Assembly (NCBI RefSeq): GCF_009914755.1 | Contig: NC_060935.1 | Strand: one strand, 5' to 3' | DNA length: 64,000 nucleotides | Origin: the human T2T-CHM13v2.0 reference genome, Homo sapiens | Shown here: one piece after another, positions 12,320 to 33,090 of the stretch | Layout: every line of letters starts with the position of its first letter | Numbering within the stretch: the first letter of the stretch is position 1 | The notes under the pieces: generated by a model | Databases searched by the model: none | What the model was told of the DNA's origin: nothing | The model's input: the letters and a program-made list of their open reading frames with translations, nothing else | Program-made: the position numbers and the translations under genes

Positions 12320-14128
12320 TAAGCTGAGACCAAATCAAGAATGCAGTTCCATTTATAACAGCCACAAAAAATACAATACCTAGGAATACAACTAACCAAG
12401 GAAGTGAAAGATATTTATAAGGGGAACCACAAAACACTGCTAAAAGAAATCAGAGATGACACAAACAAATGAAAAAACATCCCATGCTCACAGATTGGAA
12501 GAATCAATATCATTAAAATGGTCACACTGCCCAAAGCAATCCGCAGATTCAATGCTATTCCTATCAAACTATCAATGTCATTTTTCACAGAATTAGAAAA
12601 AACAATTCTAAAATTCATATGAAAGCAAAAAAGGAGCCCAAATTGCCAAAGCAATCCTAAGCAAAAAAAACCAAAAAAATAAATCTGGAGGCATTATATT
12701 ATCTGACTTAAAACTATACTATAAGGCTACAGTAACCAAAACAGCATGGTGCTAGTACAAAAACAGACACATAGACCAATGGGACAGAATAGAAAACCCA
12801 GAAATAAAACTGTACATTGCTACCAACTGATCTTTGAAAAAGCTGACAAAAATAAGCAATGGAGAAAAGATTCCCTACTCAATAAATGGTGCTGGGAAAA
12901 CTGGCTAGCCATATGCAGAAGACTGAAACTGAACCTCTACTTATCACCATATTCAAAAATTAAGATGGATTAAAGACTTAAATATAAGACCTCAAACTAT
13001 AAAAAAATCCTGGAAGAAGACCTAGGAAATACCCTTCTGGACATTGGTCTTGGGAAAGAATTTATTACTAAGTTCTCAAAAGCAATTGCAATGAAAACAA
13101 AAATTAACAAGTGGGACTTAATTAAATAGCTTCTGCACAGTAAAATAAACTGTTGACATGACAAACAGGTAAACTACCAAATAAAAGAAAATATTCGCAA
13201 ACTATGCATCTGACAAAGGTTTAATATCCAGAATCTATAAGGGACTTAAATCAACAAGAAAAAAACAATTAATCCCATTAAAAAGTGGGTAGAGGACATG
13301 AACAGACACTTATCAAAAGAAGATATCCAAATTGTAAACAACCATATGAAAAAATTCTCATCATCACTAACCATCAGAGAAGTGCAAATGAAAACATAAT
13401 GAGATATCATCTCATGCCAGTTAGAATGGCTATTATCAAAGAGTCAAAAAATAACAGATGTTGGAGAGGTTGCAGAGAAAAGGGAATGCTTATGCACTGT
13501 TGGTGAGAGTGCAAATTAGTTCAGCCACATGGAAAGCAGTTTGAAGATTTCTCAAAGAATGAAAAATAGAACTGCTATTCAAGCCAGCAATCCCATTACT
13601 AGGTATATACTCAAAGTAAAATAATCATTCTATCAAAATGACACATGCACTTGTATGTTCATCATGACACTATTTGCAATAACAAAGAGATGGAATCAGT
13701 CTAGGTGTCTATCAATGGTAGATTGGATAAAGAAAATGCAATACATATACACCATGGAATACTATGCAGACATGAAAAAGAATGAAATTGTATTATATGC
13801 AGCAACATGGATGTAGTGGGAGGCCATTATCCTAAGCAAATTAATGCAGAAACTGAAAATCAAATATTTTGTTTTCTCACTTGTAAGTAGGAGCTAAATC
13901 TTGGGTACACATGAACATAAAGATGGGAATAAGAGTTACTGGGGACCTCAAAAGGAGGGAGAGAGGGGAGGGGGCAATGGCTGAAACACTGCCTGTTGGG
14001 TACTATGTTCCCATCTAGGTGACAGAATGAATAGAATCCAAACCTTACCATCCCACAATATATCCTTGTGACAAATCTGCACATGTACCCCCTGAATCTA
14101 AAATAAAAATGGAAATTAAAAAAATAAA
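12320..14128 (+). mobile_element. 5'-truncated L1 (L1PB-like), ORF2 3' part plus 3'UTR
   Basis: Disrupted ORF2 peptides ([25 protein letters not shown]); L1PB-type 3'UTR; A-rich tail. Confidence 0.9.
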
Positions 14129-14423
14129 AGGACAGTGGTGAGGACTATGGAAGGGAGCTATGGTCTGAATAGTCAGGAGTTATGGACTATATATTAGATA
14201 AAGTAAAATGCTAAGTCTCTATAACAAGAGAGACTTAACTATAGTGTAGCTTAAAGAATGAAGGAGATTTTCTTTTTCTGGCAAGAGTCCACAGTGAGTG
14301 TTCCAGCCTGGTGGTGGCTCTGTTCAACTTTAAGGATGCAAGTTTATTCTATCTTGCAGGATCAACATCCCCTAGGATGTTGGCTAAGAAAGTTCTGCTG
14401 GCCAAATCCAGCTCAGCACTTGC

Positions 14424-14734
<311 letters not shown>

Positions 14735-15075
14735 AGCACTTGCTTTTTTAATTGCCTGTGAACTAATAATGATTTTTACATTTTTAAATGGTTGAAGACA
14801 AATTGAAAGAAGAATAATATTTCATGACACACAAACATTTGAATTTTATAAAATTCAAATTTCAGCGCCCATAAATCAAGCTTAATTAGAACATAGTCAC
14901 ACCTATATGTATCATCGGTGGTTGCTTTTGTGCTACAATGGCAGTAGTTGTGGCAGAAACCATTTGCCAACCCTTGTCTAGAGCCTTCTTGTTATTTACA
15001 TGGTCAATACTGGGTCCCAGTGGGAAAGAAGGGTGAAGATAGAGCATGGAGGAGACACACTGTCTGTCTTAAGGT

Positions 15076-15221
15076 TTCTTTCTTTCCTTCCTTCCTTCCT
15101 TCCTTCCTTCCTTCCTTCCTTCCTTCCTTCTTCCTTCCCTCCCTCCTTTCTCCCTTCCTTCCTTCCTTCCTTCCTTCCTTCCTTCCTTCCTTCCTTCCTT
15201 CCTTCCTTGCTTCCTTCCTTC
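15076..15221. repeat. (TTCC)n polypyrimidine microsatellite at the tail of an AluJ
   Basis: About 35 TTCC-type units. Confidence 0.95.
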
Positions 15222-15492
15222 ATTTTTTTTTTTTAGGGTCTCACTCTGTCACCCAGGCTGGAGTGTGGTGGTGCGATCTTGGCTCATTGCAACCTCCACC
15301 TCTTGGACTTAGGTAATCCTGCCACCTCGGCCTCCTGAGTAGCTGGGACTACAGGTGCACAGCATCAAACCTGGCTAATTTTTAAATTTCTTGTAGAGAT
15401 GGGTTTCGCCAGGTTATTTTCCAGGCTGATCTCAAACTCCTGGGCTCAAGCGATCTGCCACCTTGGCCTCCCAAAGTATTGGGACTACAGGA
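15222..15492 (-). mobile_element. AluJ
   Basis: Antisense Alu with AluJ-like features (GGGCTCAAGCGATC). Confidence 0.85.
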
Positions 15493-16274
15493 ATGAATTA
15501 AGATTTCTTGATTAGATGTAGCAGTCATCACTTCCTCTCACCTCTTTGGTGAGAAGTGAGCCTTAGGTCAAATCTAATTGCAACGGTAGTAAAAATAGTC
15601 CATAGTTAGGTAGCCAGATGCCCAGTCACCATTTAATTATTGCAGAAAAAGAAAAAAACAAATTGTGGTAGACAATCCACAGTTTTTAGCACAAACTAAG
15701 TCCCCAGAATAAAAGCTGATTTTTCATGTGGTCCATGCACTTAATCATTTTTTGTATCTATATTTGCTTATTTGATATATAGACTGCTCCCCTATGTCAG
15801 TTGGTATTTTGGAAATTGAAGGAGCTCTTTATGGCAGTGTCAACTCTTTTGAAGTAAGGCTTAAAAAGACAATTATAATTCAGGTATTTCTTTACATGTA
15901 GGTAGATGCACTTAAAAAGACATTTATAATAATCATTTCAATGTGGATTCCAGAAACTATAGAATATGGAAGAGGAAAATGTTGAGCTTGGGACTGAATT
16001 GGGGGAAAGACATATTTTCCTTAGGGGCCAGTAATGAGCATATTGCAATATGGTGCCCCTCATTGTCACAGTCTCCCTGAATAGGGTCTGACCTATCGCA
16101 TTTTCCAAAGTTAACAGGAAGGGCACATTTTGAAAATCATTTCATTTATTGACTATTGTATCAAGAATGTGCTTTAGATTCTTTTGGATGACAGCAAGAT
16201 GCAAAAACAATGCAGAGGTGAGAACCTTTCCAGATCAAATATAATAATCCATGTGAATGAAATACAAGTAGTAT

Positions 16275-17791
16275 ATGAACATACTTTATTTTATTATGTT
16301 TTGTGTTATTGTGCTTCACTGGTACTGGTTTTTTTTTTTTTTTTTACAAATTGAAGATTTGTAGCAATTCTGTGTTAAGTCTATTAGTGCCATTTTTTCA
16401 ATAGCATGTGCTCACTTTGCTTCTTTGTGTCACATTTTAGTAATTCTCGCAACATTTTAAACTTTACTGTTATTATTATATGTGTCATAATGATCTATGA
16501 GTAGTGATTTTTGATGTCACTATTGTCATTGTTTTGGGGAGCTATGAACTGTGCACATATAGGACAGTGAACTTAACTGATAAATATGTGTGTTCCGACT
16601 GCTTCACTGAGTAAACATTTTCCTGTCTCATGCTGTTTACAGCATGGTTTACTGAATATTTTCAGCCTACTATTGAGACCTACTGCTCGGGAAAGAATAG
16701 TTCTTCCAAAATATTACTGCTCATTGACAATGCACCTGATGACACGAGAGTTCTGATGGAAATGTACAAGGAGATTCATGTTGTTTTCATACCTCCTAAC
16801 ATAACATCCATTCCATAGCCCATGGTACAAGTAGTTTTTGATTTCAAGTCTTATTTAGGACATACATTTGGTAAGGCTATAGCTGCCATAGATAGTGATT
16901 TCTCTGATGGATCTGGACAAAGTAAATTCAAAATCTTCTGGAAAGGATTGATCATTCTAGGTGCCATTAAGAGCACTCATGACTCATGGGAGGAGGTCAA
17001 AATATCAACATGATCAGGAGTTTGGAATAAGTTGATTCCAACCCTTATGGATGACTTTGAGGGGTTCAAGACTTTAGTGGAGGAAGTAATGGCAGATGTG
17101 GTGGAAACATCAAGAGAATTAGAATTAGAAGTGGAGCCTGAAGATGTGACTGAATTGCTGCAATCTCATGACAAAACGAATGGATGAAGAGTTGCTTCTT
17201 ATGGGTGAGCAAAGAAAGTAGTTTCTTGAGATGGACTCTACTCCTGGTGAAGATGCTGTGAACATTGTTGAAATTACAATAAAAGGATTTAGAATATTCC
17301 ATAAACTTAGTTGATAAAACACCATCAGGGCTTGAAAGAATTGACTTGAATTTTAAAAGTTCTACTGTGGGTAAAATAGTGTTAATTAGCATCATGTGTT
17401 ACAGAGAAATTTTTCACAAAAAGAAGAGTCAATCAATACAGCAAACTTCATTGTTGTCTTGTTTTAATAAAGCCACCTCAATCATCAGCAACCACCACCC
17501 TGATTGGACAGCAGCCATCGATATTGAGGCAAGTCCCTCTATAAGCAAAAAGATTAAGATTCTCTGAAGGCTCAGATTATTGTTAGCATTTTTTTTAGCA
17601 ATAAAGTATTTTTAAAATTAAGGTATGTACATTTTCTTAGACATAATGCTATTGCACACTTAATAGACTACACTATAGTGTAAACATACTTTTGTATGCA
17701 CTGGGAAACTAAAAATTTGTGTGAGAGCTTGCTTTATTCACTTATTTCTGTGATCTGAAACCAAACCCACAATATGTCTGGGGTATGCCTG
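16275..17791 (+). mobile_element. Tigger1 DNA transposon with an internal deletion
   Basis: Tigger1 5' end joined near 16630 to transposase remnants ([10 protein letters not shown]..., [10 protein letters not shown]); 3' TIR ...GGTATGCCTG followed by TA. Confidence 0.85.
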
Positions 17792-18034
17792 TAGACTTTC
17801 AGGCACCTGACCTGAGTAGATATGAACACAAAATGAGTTAGACTTTTAGGTTTCCGAACAAAATGGAAAGATGAAAAGAAAGCAAAACATACTGGGTTAT
17901 GTTGTTTTCATTTATTGTAGCAGAAAAAATTCAAATTCCAACACAGGGAATGTTTTCTGAATTTTGAGAACTACTCTAAGGATAACTATATGGGAAGTGT
18001 CAGTAAAGTTTACCATTTTGAGCTTCTTAAAGAA

Positions 18035-18379
<345 letters not shown>

Positions 18380-19313
18380 AAGAATAACTATATTTTTGAG
18401 ATAAATTACATAAAACGGTAAAAAGTCTGATGCATAGCCATAGAAAGGATCCTAAACATATTAACGTGAATATTGCTTTAATAAAACTTGATACAAGTAA
18501 TGAAACTGGGAAAAACCCAGTTTTGTGAATGTGATTATTTACATTACAAATTAAAACAATAACTCCCTTAAAAACCAGTCCTACCTACAAGAATTTGAGG
18601 TGCATGATATGTGCAGGTATTGATAGCTAAATTTTTAAAGCCACTACTAATGGCAGATCAATCTGCAATGAGATAAGCTATACAATCATGTTGTAGGAAA
18701 TGCACATTTTTGTAAATAGGGAGTTTCTAAAAATATAGTTTCTTCTTTGGGGATATATCTATTATAGAGTGAAACATTGTCATATGAAGGATTAACCTAG
18801 CATAGATACTACTCCACTGTTACTCAGAGAATGTCACAGGGAGTAATTCTGGACAAATAAGACTTATTAAGATGGAATTCAGTAAGGAGTGATGCTTGTC
18901 TTACTCTGACCATTCTGGGTATTAGGATACTGATTTGTTAGGTAGAAACTACCTGGTAACCACCCTTGGGAAGGTCCTTTGACTTGGGACTTGGTGAGAA
19001 TGACTGGATCTACACTTTGAAATCAGAACCCTACAGTTTTCTGTGAGCCATTACATCACCATTGTCAAAAGCTCTGGTATAACTCTCCTTCACTGACATT
19101 CTTCTGGTCTCTCTTTTATGGCTCCATGTTTTTCTTGTCCCTTGTACCTGTGCTGGGATTTCTATTTCGTTTTTCAGGGTTCTTAGTCTTTTTAGTTAGT
19201 CTCTTATTTTTCCATTTTTACATGCCAAGTCCTTAGCAACTGATTTTTAGGGTGTGTCTGTCAAAATGTTGGCTTTGGCTGTGGAATGCTACAGCTTTGT
19301 TCCTCTAAATTGA

Positions 19314-19638
<325 letters not shown>

Positions 19639-21117
19639 TAAATGGAATCTTCTTCATATCCTTGCTTTCTTTGGTGGCTTCATTCTCATTGGTTCCAATA
19701 ACATCTTTGGCCAGCCTTGTCAAGGTAGGATTTTCAGCACCTTTTGGTAGGAACTTAAAATGAATCTCATTGCCCAGAAATGTGGTTGCCTTGATACGTT
19801 GAGATATTTTGTGTAACGAGAGTAAAGCTCTGTTTCTCCCCAGGGAGCAACCCAGGAGCACTTTCATTTAATCAGTTGATGCCCAGTATTTTGTGGGCTT
19901 CTTTAGCATCCTCACACTCTCATGGAAGTGGAGAGGCTTCCTTTAGAGCAGACTTTGCATAGGTGGTCACTTCACTGGGTCTGTGACAGTCACCTGTCCT
20001 CATTTACTCCAAGGCAAGCAGCTACAGGTTATTTACTTATAAAACAGTTTCACAATAGATATGTTTAGTCCACTCCACTCAGGTTAGGTTGGTGATGGCA
20101 GATCACAAACTCTTTGCTAATAAGGATTATAATTTAGCCTCTCTGAAGGTCCCTTCCAGGTCATAGCTTAGAGCAAGTGTCCTGTAAAACTTTCAGTTAT
20201 TTGGCAATAAATCAAGGTAAAGGTTTTGCCACTGGGTATGATTTTATTGATTTATTTAACAAATGCTTGTTTAGTGTTTGTTCTGTGCCAGGTACTTTCC
20301 TAAATGTTTTACTAAATTTATTACTCCTAAATTTATTAACACCTCATTGATAATATCATGAAGTCAGTGCTATTATTATCCTTCTTTATAGAGGAGAAAA
20401 CTGAGGGACAGAGAAGCTAAGTAACTTGTCCAAAGTCACCCAGCAAAGTAGGTGGCAGAGCTAGGGCTTGAAACCTGTTCATTGACTCTTAACCTCTGTA
20501 CAGTGATACCCTGAGTAAATTGGTTCCCTCTCCTGGCATCAGTTCCCTTATCTGTAAAAGGACAGAGTGGACTGGGTGACTTTAAATATCTACCTTTTGA
20601 ATGTTTATCATGTGCTGAGATGTTTCATACAGTTTCTTGTTTTATCACAACAACCCAAAGATGAAGTCTTAGTCTCATTTTACATTGCAGCAAACTGAGG
20701 CTCAGAGAGGTGAGGTAACATGCTGAGGTTTATATAGCTATGACAGCAGGAGGACATGAACCAGGTCTGGCTGGCTCCACTCAACCACTCTACCTGTCTC
20801 CTCTCAAAGACCTTTTCCAATGCTAATTTTGCATAAGTTGATTCATTCATTTACCAATCACGTATTCTGTCTCCTCACTGTATGAGGTGCTGGCTGGGTG
20901 CTGAGAGGCCATAGAATGAATTAGACCAGATGCTTCTATCAAGGACAATATTATTTGCAAACATGTCTTCTCTCCCCTTGATAGAATGAAATATAAAATA
21001 GAAGCAGCTCAGGGACAGGGAGGGGTTCAGACCTGTGTGATGGGGCTCAGAAGAAGGCTCGTCCTCCTGGTGGGGAGTTCAGGAAGGCATCCCTGAGAAA
21101 GCCACACTCCCTATGGT

Positions 21118-22030
21118 TCACTTCAGTTTTTCCCACTTGCGATGATGCCGGCCAAACATTTGGTCTTTTGTGTTCTTTTCAGGATGGAGAAGGATGATGT
21201 AGCATTTGGAAAAGAAGAGGGAGGACATGAGGCCTCCTGCTGATGCCAAGATGACAAAGACCTCCATGGCCATGGTGTCTTTGCTGTGGGCATGCATGTG
21301 GGCAGGTATGAAGGACACCCAGACACAGGAGCAGACAACATGCTGAGAGTGATATGCTTTGCTTCATTGAAGGTGTCAGGCAGCCGGCAGGTGGGGAAGG
21401 TCACCAGCAAGCTGACCAGATCTAGCAAACTCAAGTAGCCCAGTTCCAAGAGAAGTTCCAAGGAGCCTTTATCACACTTTACAGTCACTGTGGGCCAGGG
21501 TTCTGTAGAGTTTCACAGGCTGAGGGGGCCATCTGGTCACCCAGAGTGCACACAAGGCTGCCTGGGTCAGGGAACAGTGAGGATGGTGCTGAGGAGGACT
21601 GTCCCCGCCCACCCCCTAAGCTGGGTGTCTGCCTGGGTGGCATGGAAGGCTGCCACCACCACGATGGTCTTGGCCAGCACAGTGGATGTGCAGACCATGA
21701 AGGTGACCCCAAAATCTGCCTGGTGCACAGCACAAGTGATGGGGTCTGGGTGGCCAATGAACATGAAGGGGCAGAGGAAGCTGAGGGCCAAGGAGGACAG
21801 CAGGAGATAGCTGAGCTGGCAGTTGTTGGCTCGGATGATGGGAGTGTGGTGGTGTCAGACGAAGATGCCTAAGATGGCCAGGGCAAGGAGAAAGAGCAGG
21901 GCTGTGCAGACAGCCAATGCTGTGTCAAGGGGCTTGTGATAGAACAAGAAGTCAAGGGTTTTGGGGATGCACTCGCCCTTCTGCACATTGGGCCACTGGT
22001 TGTCAGAGCACTTCTGACATGCAACACTAT
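21118..22030 (-). pseudogene. V2R exon 6 (end of the Cys-rich domain plus 7TM)
   Basis: Acceptor CCTTCAG|AT; CQKCSDNQWPNVQKGECIPK, HTPIIRANN, VLAKTIVVVAAF, LPDTFNEAKHITLSML, EVFVILAS, KCYIILLHPEKN; stop at 21855-21857 plus frameshifts. Confidence 0.95.
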
Positions 22031-22472
22031 CTGAAGGGAGAAAGAGAAACTGGGTCAGACAACAGAGTGGGGAAGCTTTTGGAAATTTTTCCGTGGTCAA
22101 GCAGTTCTACAACTTGTGATGGCTTATCTAGCAGGCTTTGGTGCATTTCAGTCTCAATTGGATGGGCCTTCCAGATTGTCTGATGTCCTCGGATTCAGGG
22201 CCAAAGACACAGATGGCAGAAATCCTGACAGCAGCTGCTTATCATGCATCAGACTATCATGAAATAACACTGAGACAACCACCTACGGAAGCTCCAACTC
22301 CTGTCTAGGATCCCTTTAAATTGACCAACCATTGTGGTAATGTTGTAATTCATAGCCACAGCTAATTAATTTACAGATTTATTCATGCATCAGCCAATTT
22401 AGTTTAAGGAATGTTTATGGAGTGCTTAGTATGTACACAGATTCTCTTTTTAAACCGTGCTACCCTTCTCTA

Positions 22473-23489
<1,017 letters not shown>

Positions 23490-24664
23490 CTAGATACTTT
23501 GATTCCATGTCTTCCTAGTCTCCAAGTTCAAGGATTTCTCATTTGTGTCATCCTCTTTTCAGCACCTGGTGGTTCCTTCTCAGCTTCATTCGGTGGAAAC
23601 TTTCTCTTCAAAAGGGCAAAAGGTATTTCCAAAGTCTCTACTTTCCCAGGGAGAGTTTTGAAGAGACTTCATCCAAACCTGTGGCTTCAACAATTACCTG
23701 GATTCTGAACCTGGTCTTCCTGCTCCAATCTCCCTCCTTTGTCTATTTGTCTATTCATTTCCCCAAGACACACACTGAAATACACATTGCTTTTATACTG
23801 AAGTAGTTCAGAGGCTCCTCCCCATTTTCTATAGAATAGAGTCCATGCTCCAGAGTCCAGCAGGTAAAGTCCTCTATGATCTGACCACCTGCTTCCTATA
23901 TCTTGCATCACAATTGATGCTGAAACCACTCTCAGCTCCTTATTGCTTTCATGCCTTTACTATAATAACTTCCTCCTTGGCCTGGAATATCCTTATTATG
24001 CTTCATTGCCTTTGAAACCTTGCTTGTTGTTTAAGGCCTGTGTCACATGCCACCCCTTGCATTGCCAAGTCTCCCTGCCTATTTGTTAGAATTAATTGTT
24101 CCAACGTGCTTTCACAGCTCGATGCTTGAATATTTATTTATTTATTACAGTATTGACTTCACTTTATAGTCTAGTTTCTTTATTGAGAGATGAGCTGTGC
24201 TAGGTGTAGGGGTCCAGTATCATTCTCTTTTAATATATCCTGAGCTCTGTGGGTCCAGGACCATGGCTTATTTGTTGTTGGTACCCTTGCACCCAGCACA
24301 GTGGTTGTATATGGTTGGTGCCAGTTGATATCTGTTGAATGAATGACATCTTAGTAAAATAAAGATTATGTCATTAGGGTAATTCTTTTTAAACATTTAT
24401 GAAATGCCTACCATATGACAAATGTTAAACTAAGTACAGGATTTGAACAAACTCATGGTTGATAAAAGAAAGAATGAATTTAATAGCCTCAAATGGCTTT
24501 AATGTAGCATCTAGGAAGGTCACATTGACATCTTCTTTTTGGTCTCCACTTCCCTGGACTTTTCCATTGAAGGAATTTCCTTGATGTGGACACAGCTTTC
24601 ATGTGAAGTCTACTCTGGCTGATGGCTGGCCACCCTCTGACCAAGAACCAGCCTCCCTCCTTAC

Positions 24665-24788
24665 CTGGTGACATTGCGATTTCTCTTCTGGGGCAGGGAA
24701 GGCTTTTGTAGCAGCATTTTGACTTCTCAAATAGGGTTGACTTCCTGGTTTCCACAGGACATTTTTCGTTGCAGACAGAGGAAGGGAC
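24665..24788 (-). pseudogene. V2R exon 5 (Cys-rich domain), 124 nt
   Basis: TAG|GTC...CAG|GTAAG; VPSSVCNEKCPVETRKSTLFEKSKCCYKSLPCPRREIAMSP. Confidence 0.9.
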
Positions 24789-25224
24789 CTACACACAAGA
24801 GGTGGGAGAGTGGAGGGGAGAGAGTGCTGGGGAGACTGCAGGGGGAATTGAGCGACATCTGTGCAGTCAGGTCGTGGAGGAATAAGCCTCATCGTTTTCA
24901 CTTACTAGGTCCCTCTCTCTCTTTCTTTCTCTTACTCCTTCCTTTATTAAACCCCTCTTTATCACGTTTTCCTTTTCTACTCTCTTTCATTTTCCTCTTT
25001 CTCCATTTCTTGCTCAGATAATTAAAAATGTGTTCCGTATATCAGGTACTGTACAGGGTGTTAGGGAAACAGTGATAGGTAAGAATAAGCTCTTCCGGAT
25101 TTCGAGTGTGGTGGGAAAACAAGACATCTTGATGGTTGGAATTCTGGTTCTGCCCTTTATGGTTTGCGTGCCTTGGGCTTAACATCTCTAAGCTTCAGAT
25201 TCCTCTTCAATAAAATGGAGATAT

Positions 25225-25882
<658 letters not shown>

Positions 25883-26176
25883 ATAATAATATGTGCTTTG
25901 AAGGTGGTGTTGGGATTAAATAAGGCAATGTAAGTGAAGTCCATATCATAGTGACCAGAATCATGAGTGCATGACAAGTGCTAGTGAGCTGGGATCATAT
26001 TCCGAAGTGTTAACTGAAGAGTCTGTCTTTCACTCTAGGCTCATCAAATCCCTTTGTTTATATTTAAGGGACTAATTTTCCCCTAGCCCCAACAGAACTG
26101 GGTCATCCACAGTGAATCAGAAACAAAGACTACAAACACTACCTAAGCCTCAGCACCACTCTAGGGTTCCTTGAGT

Positions 26177-26396
26177 CCAGGGTGTCTAAACCTCAGCACT
26201 ACTGACACAGGGGCTGGATAATTCTTTGTTATGGAGAACTGTCCTGTGCATCTTAGGGCATTTAGCAGCAACCTTGGCCCCTGCCCCACTGGATGCCAGC
26301 AGCACTCCCTCAAGTTGTGACAACCAAAACTGTCTCCATACATTGTCATTGTCCCATGAGAGGCAAAATCACTCCAAGTTGGGAGCAACTGAGATT
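26177..26396 (+). mobile_element. MER20 DNA transposon
   Basis: CTCAGCACTACTGACA..GGCTGGATAATTCTTTGTT...GTTGTGACAACCAAAA motifs. Confidence 0.75.
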
Positions 26397-26833
26397 CAGA
26401 TCATGCTTGCAGAATGAATTTCCTTAGAAAGGTCTGATGCATGGATTCTGTGGTCTGAGGAAGGAGAAGCAAGAGAGAAGATAAGTACCTGGGCTGCGAG
26501 ATACCTGAAACAGTACTGAGTGAAGATCTCAACAGGTGGGGTCAGCCCCTTGCCTGTGGGGCGACAATGCTAATTTCTTCCCTGGAACTCTATTCTGCTT
26601 CCTTGTTCATAAGCAACTTTGTTCCCTCCTCTCTCAGGGTGGGATGATTTGGACATTGAGGTGTGATAGTCATGGGAATAAAAAACCATATGCCTGACTA
26701 AGGTGAGACCAGTGGGAACAAGTTTGAAATCACAGAGAAAAGAGATAGAACGTATTATAGAACATATTATACCAGTTATAGTCATTTTCTTACTCTTATC
26801 ATAGAGGTATGTGAAAAATGCTATTGTTGCTCA

Positions 26834-27233
<400 letters not shown>

Positions 27234-27670
27234 GAATTTCTCCCTCTGGTGACCTTAGATACTTAGGGGTCTGGGAAAGGACTAATGGGATTCCATGGGT
27301 TATTTTCCACTGCTTAAAAAAGCTCAGCATCGATTGCCTATTTCTTGACATAAGTCTGCAAGGCTAAATCAGTAGTATCTCTAGGTATCTGGAGTTGACC
27401 ATCTCAGGGTAAACTTGAATTGACAATTGTATCTAATTTGTTTTCCCATTTGCTCATTAGTTATCTTTGCCTTTAGCAAGGTCCCTAATTTTGGGAGCCA
27501 GGGAGTTTGGAAGGTTTTATTTACTGAACAGCCTCAAAGTTGTGTAAGTCAATAATCCACCCCTTTTTGACCCAGTATCCTAAGTGAGTTCAATATGACA
27601 AATACTCCTGGAGCTTGGGATGTGAGAGGTGCTGTGTGGTCTTGGTTCTTAGGGTTCTCTCAGCTCTAAT

Positions 27671-27898
27671 CTTTAAGAGTCCTTCTGCCCAGACAATTGC
27701 GCTGTCATCCAACAGAAGCTCTTTTCCAGAAGGTGCTCTGAAGTCAAAGTGTCCAACAATGGCTGTCTGTCCTGACAGGTCTGGGAGAACATAGATGTTT
27801 TTAATGTCAAACGTTGTCAGCACTTCCCCATCTTTGGCGAAGAAAACCTCTTCTTGGGCTTTGGTGGTGAAGTTAACCTTTCAGGCATAATGGAGCAC
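27671..27898 (-). pseudogene. V2R exon 4, 228 nt; donor mutated (AAG|AT)
   Basis: Acceptor TTTCAG|GTG; VLHYA*KVNFTTKAQEEVFFAKDGEVLTTFDIKN...VGHFDFRAPSGKELLLDDSAIVW. Confidence 0.9.
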
Positions 27899-27942
27899 CT
27901 GAAAGAGGGATGGAAGATAACAGTAAAAAATTGATTAAGAGC

Positions 27943-28210
27943 AGCTGGTCACAGTCACTCATACCTGTAATCCCAGCACTTTGGGAGGCAGAGGCAGGCA
28001 GATCACGGGGTCAGGAGTTTCAGACCAGCCTGGCCAACATGGTGAAACCTCATCTCTACTAATGATACAAAAAAAAAAAAAATTAGCTTGCCGTGATGGT
28101 GGGCACAAGTAATCTCAGCTACTCAGGAGGCTGAGGCAGAAGAATCGCTTGAACTCAGAAGGCGGAGGTTGCGGTGAGCCAAGATCTCACCACTGCACCC
28201 CAGCCTGGTG
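27943..28210 (+). mobile_element. Alu lacking a terminal A tail
   Basis: Alu body ends CCGTCTCA and runs into unique sequence. Confidence 0.9.
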
Positions 28211-28734
28211 ACAGAGAGAGACTCCGTCTCACATTAGGAGCCCTTCCTCCACATCACTGGACAGTTCTCCCATATCTATGCTTGTTTGTGCCTTGGAGGG
28301 AGGCATCTTATCTCTGCACACTTTATGAAAAAAGAGCTCTGTTTTCTCATGTTCCAAGTTTGTGTTAATCTATAGGGGCCAGGGTAGGGAAGTGAAAGAC
28401 AAGATAATGGGGATCTGAAACATTAGATCTTGCCTAAGACTGCTTCACAGATAGGCTGGTCTTATGAATAGGAACCTATCCAGTTTTTTACAATCCATCC
28501 ATACGAATTACTTAGCATCCTTCTTTGTGCCAGTTAGGATTGGTACCTAGGATAGAAAAACTCAGTCCTGCCTTCAAGGCACAAAGAAGTGTGGCTGATA
28601 AAAAAATGTGTTTTGACTAAAAGCAGATATGGATTTGCGAATTACCCTGATTTGATCATTACATATTGTATACATGTACTGAAATATCACACTGTATCTC
28701 ATGAATATGAATGATTATTTCAATATATCAATTA

Positions 28735-32970
<4,236 letters not shown>

Positions 32971-33090
32971 TATATATATATAAAATATATATATATAAAA
33001 ATTATATATATATTATATATATATAAATTATATATATATTATATATATATAAATTATATATATATAAAATATATATATAAAATAAAAATA
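32971..33090. repeat. AT-only (TA)n-rich low-complexity tract
   Basis: About 120 bp of interrupted TA repeats. Confidence 0.9.

Noticed and set aside
14948-15316. PSFL/EGRK repeat ORFs
   Set aside because: Translations of the (TTCC)n microsatellite and the adjacent Alu
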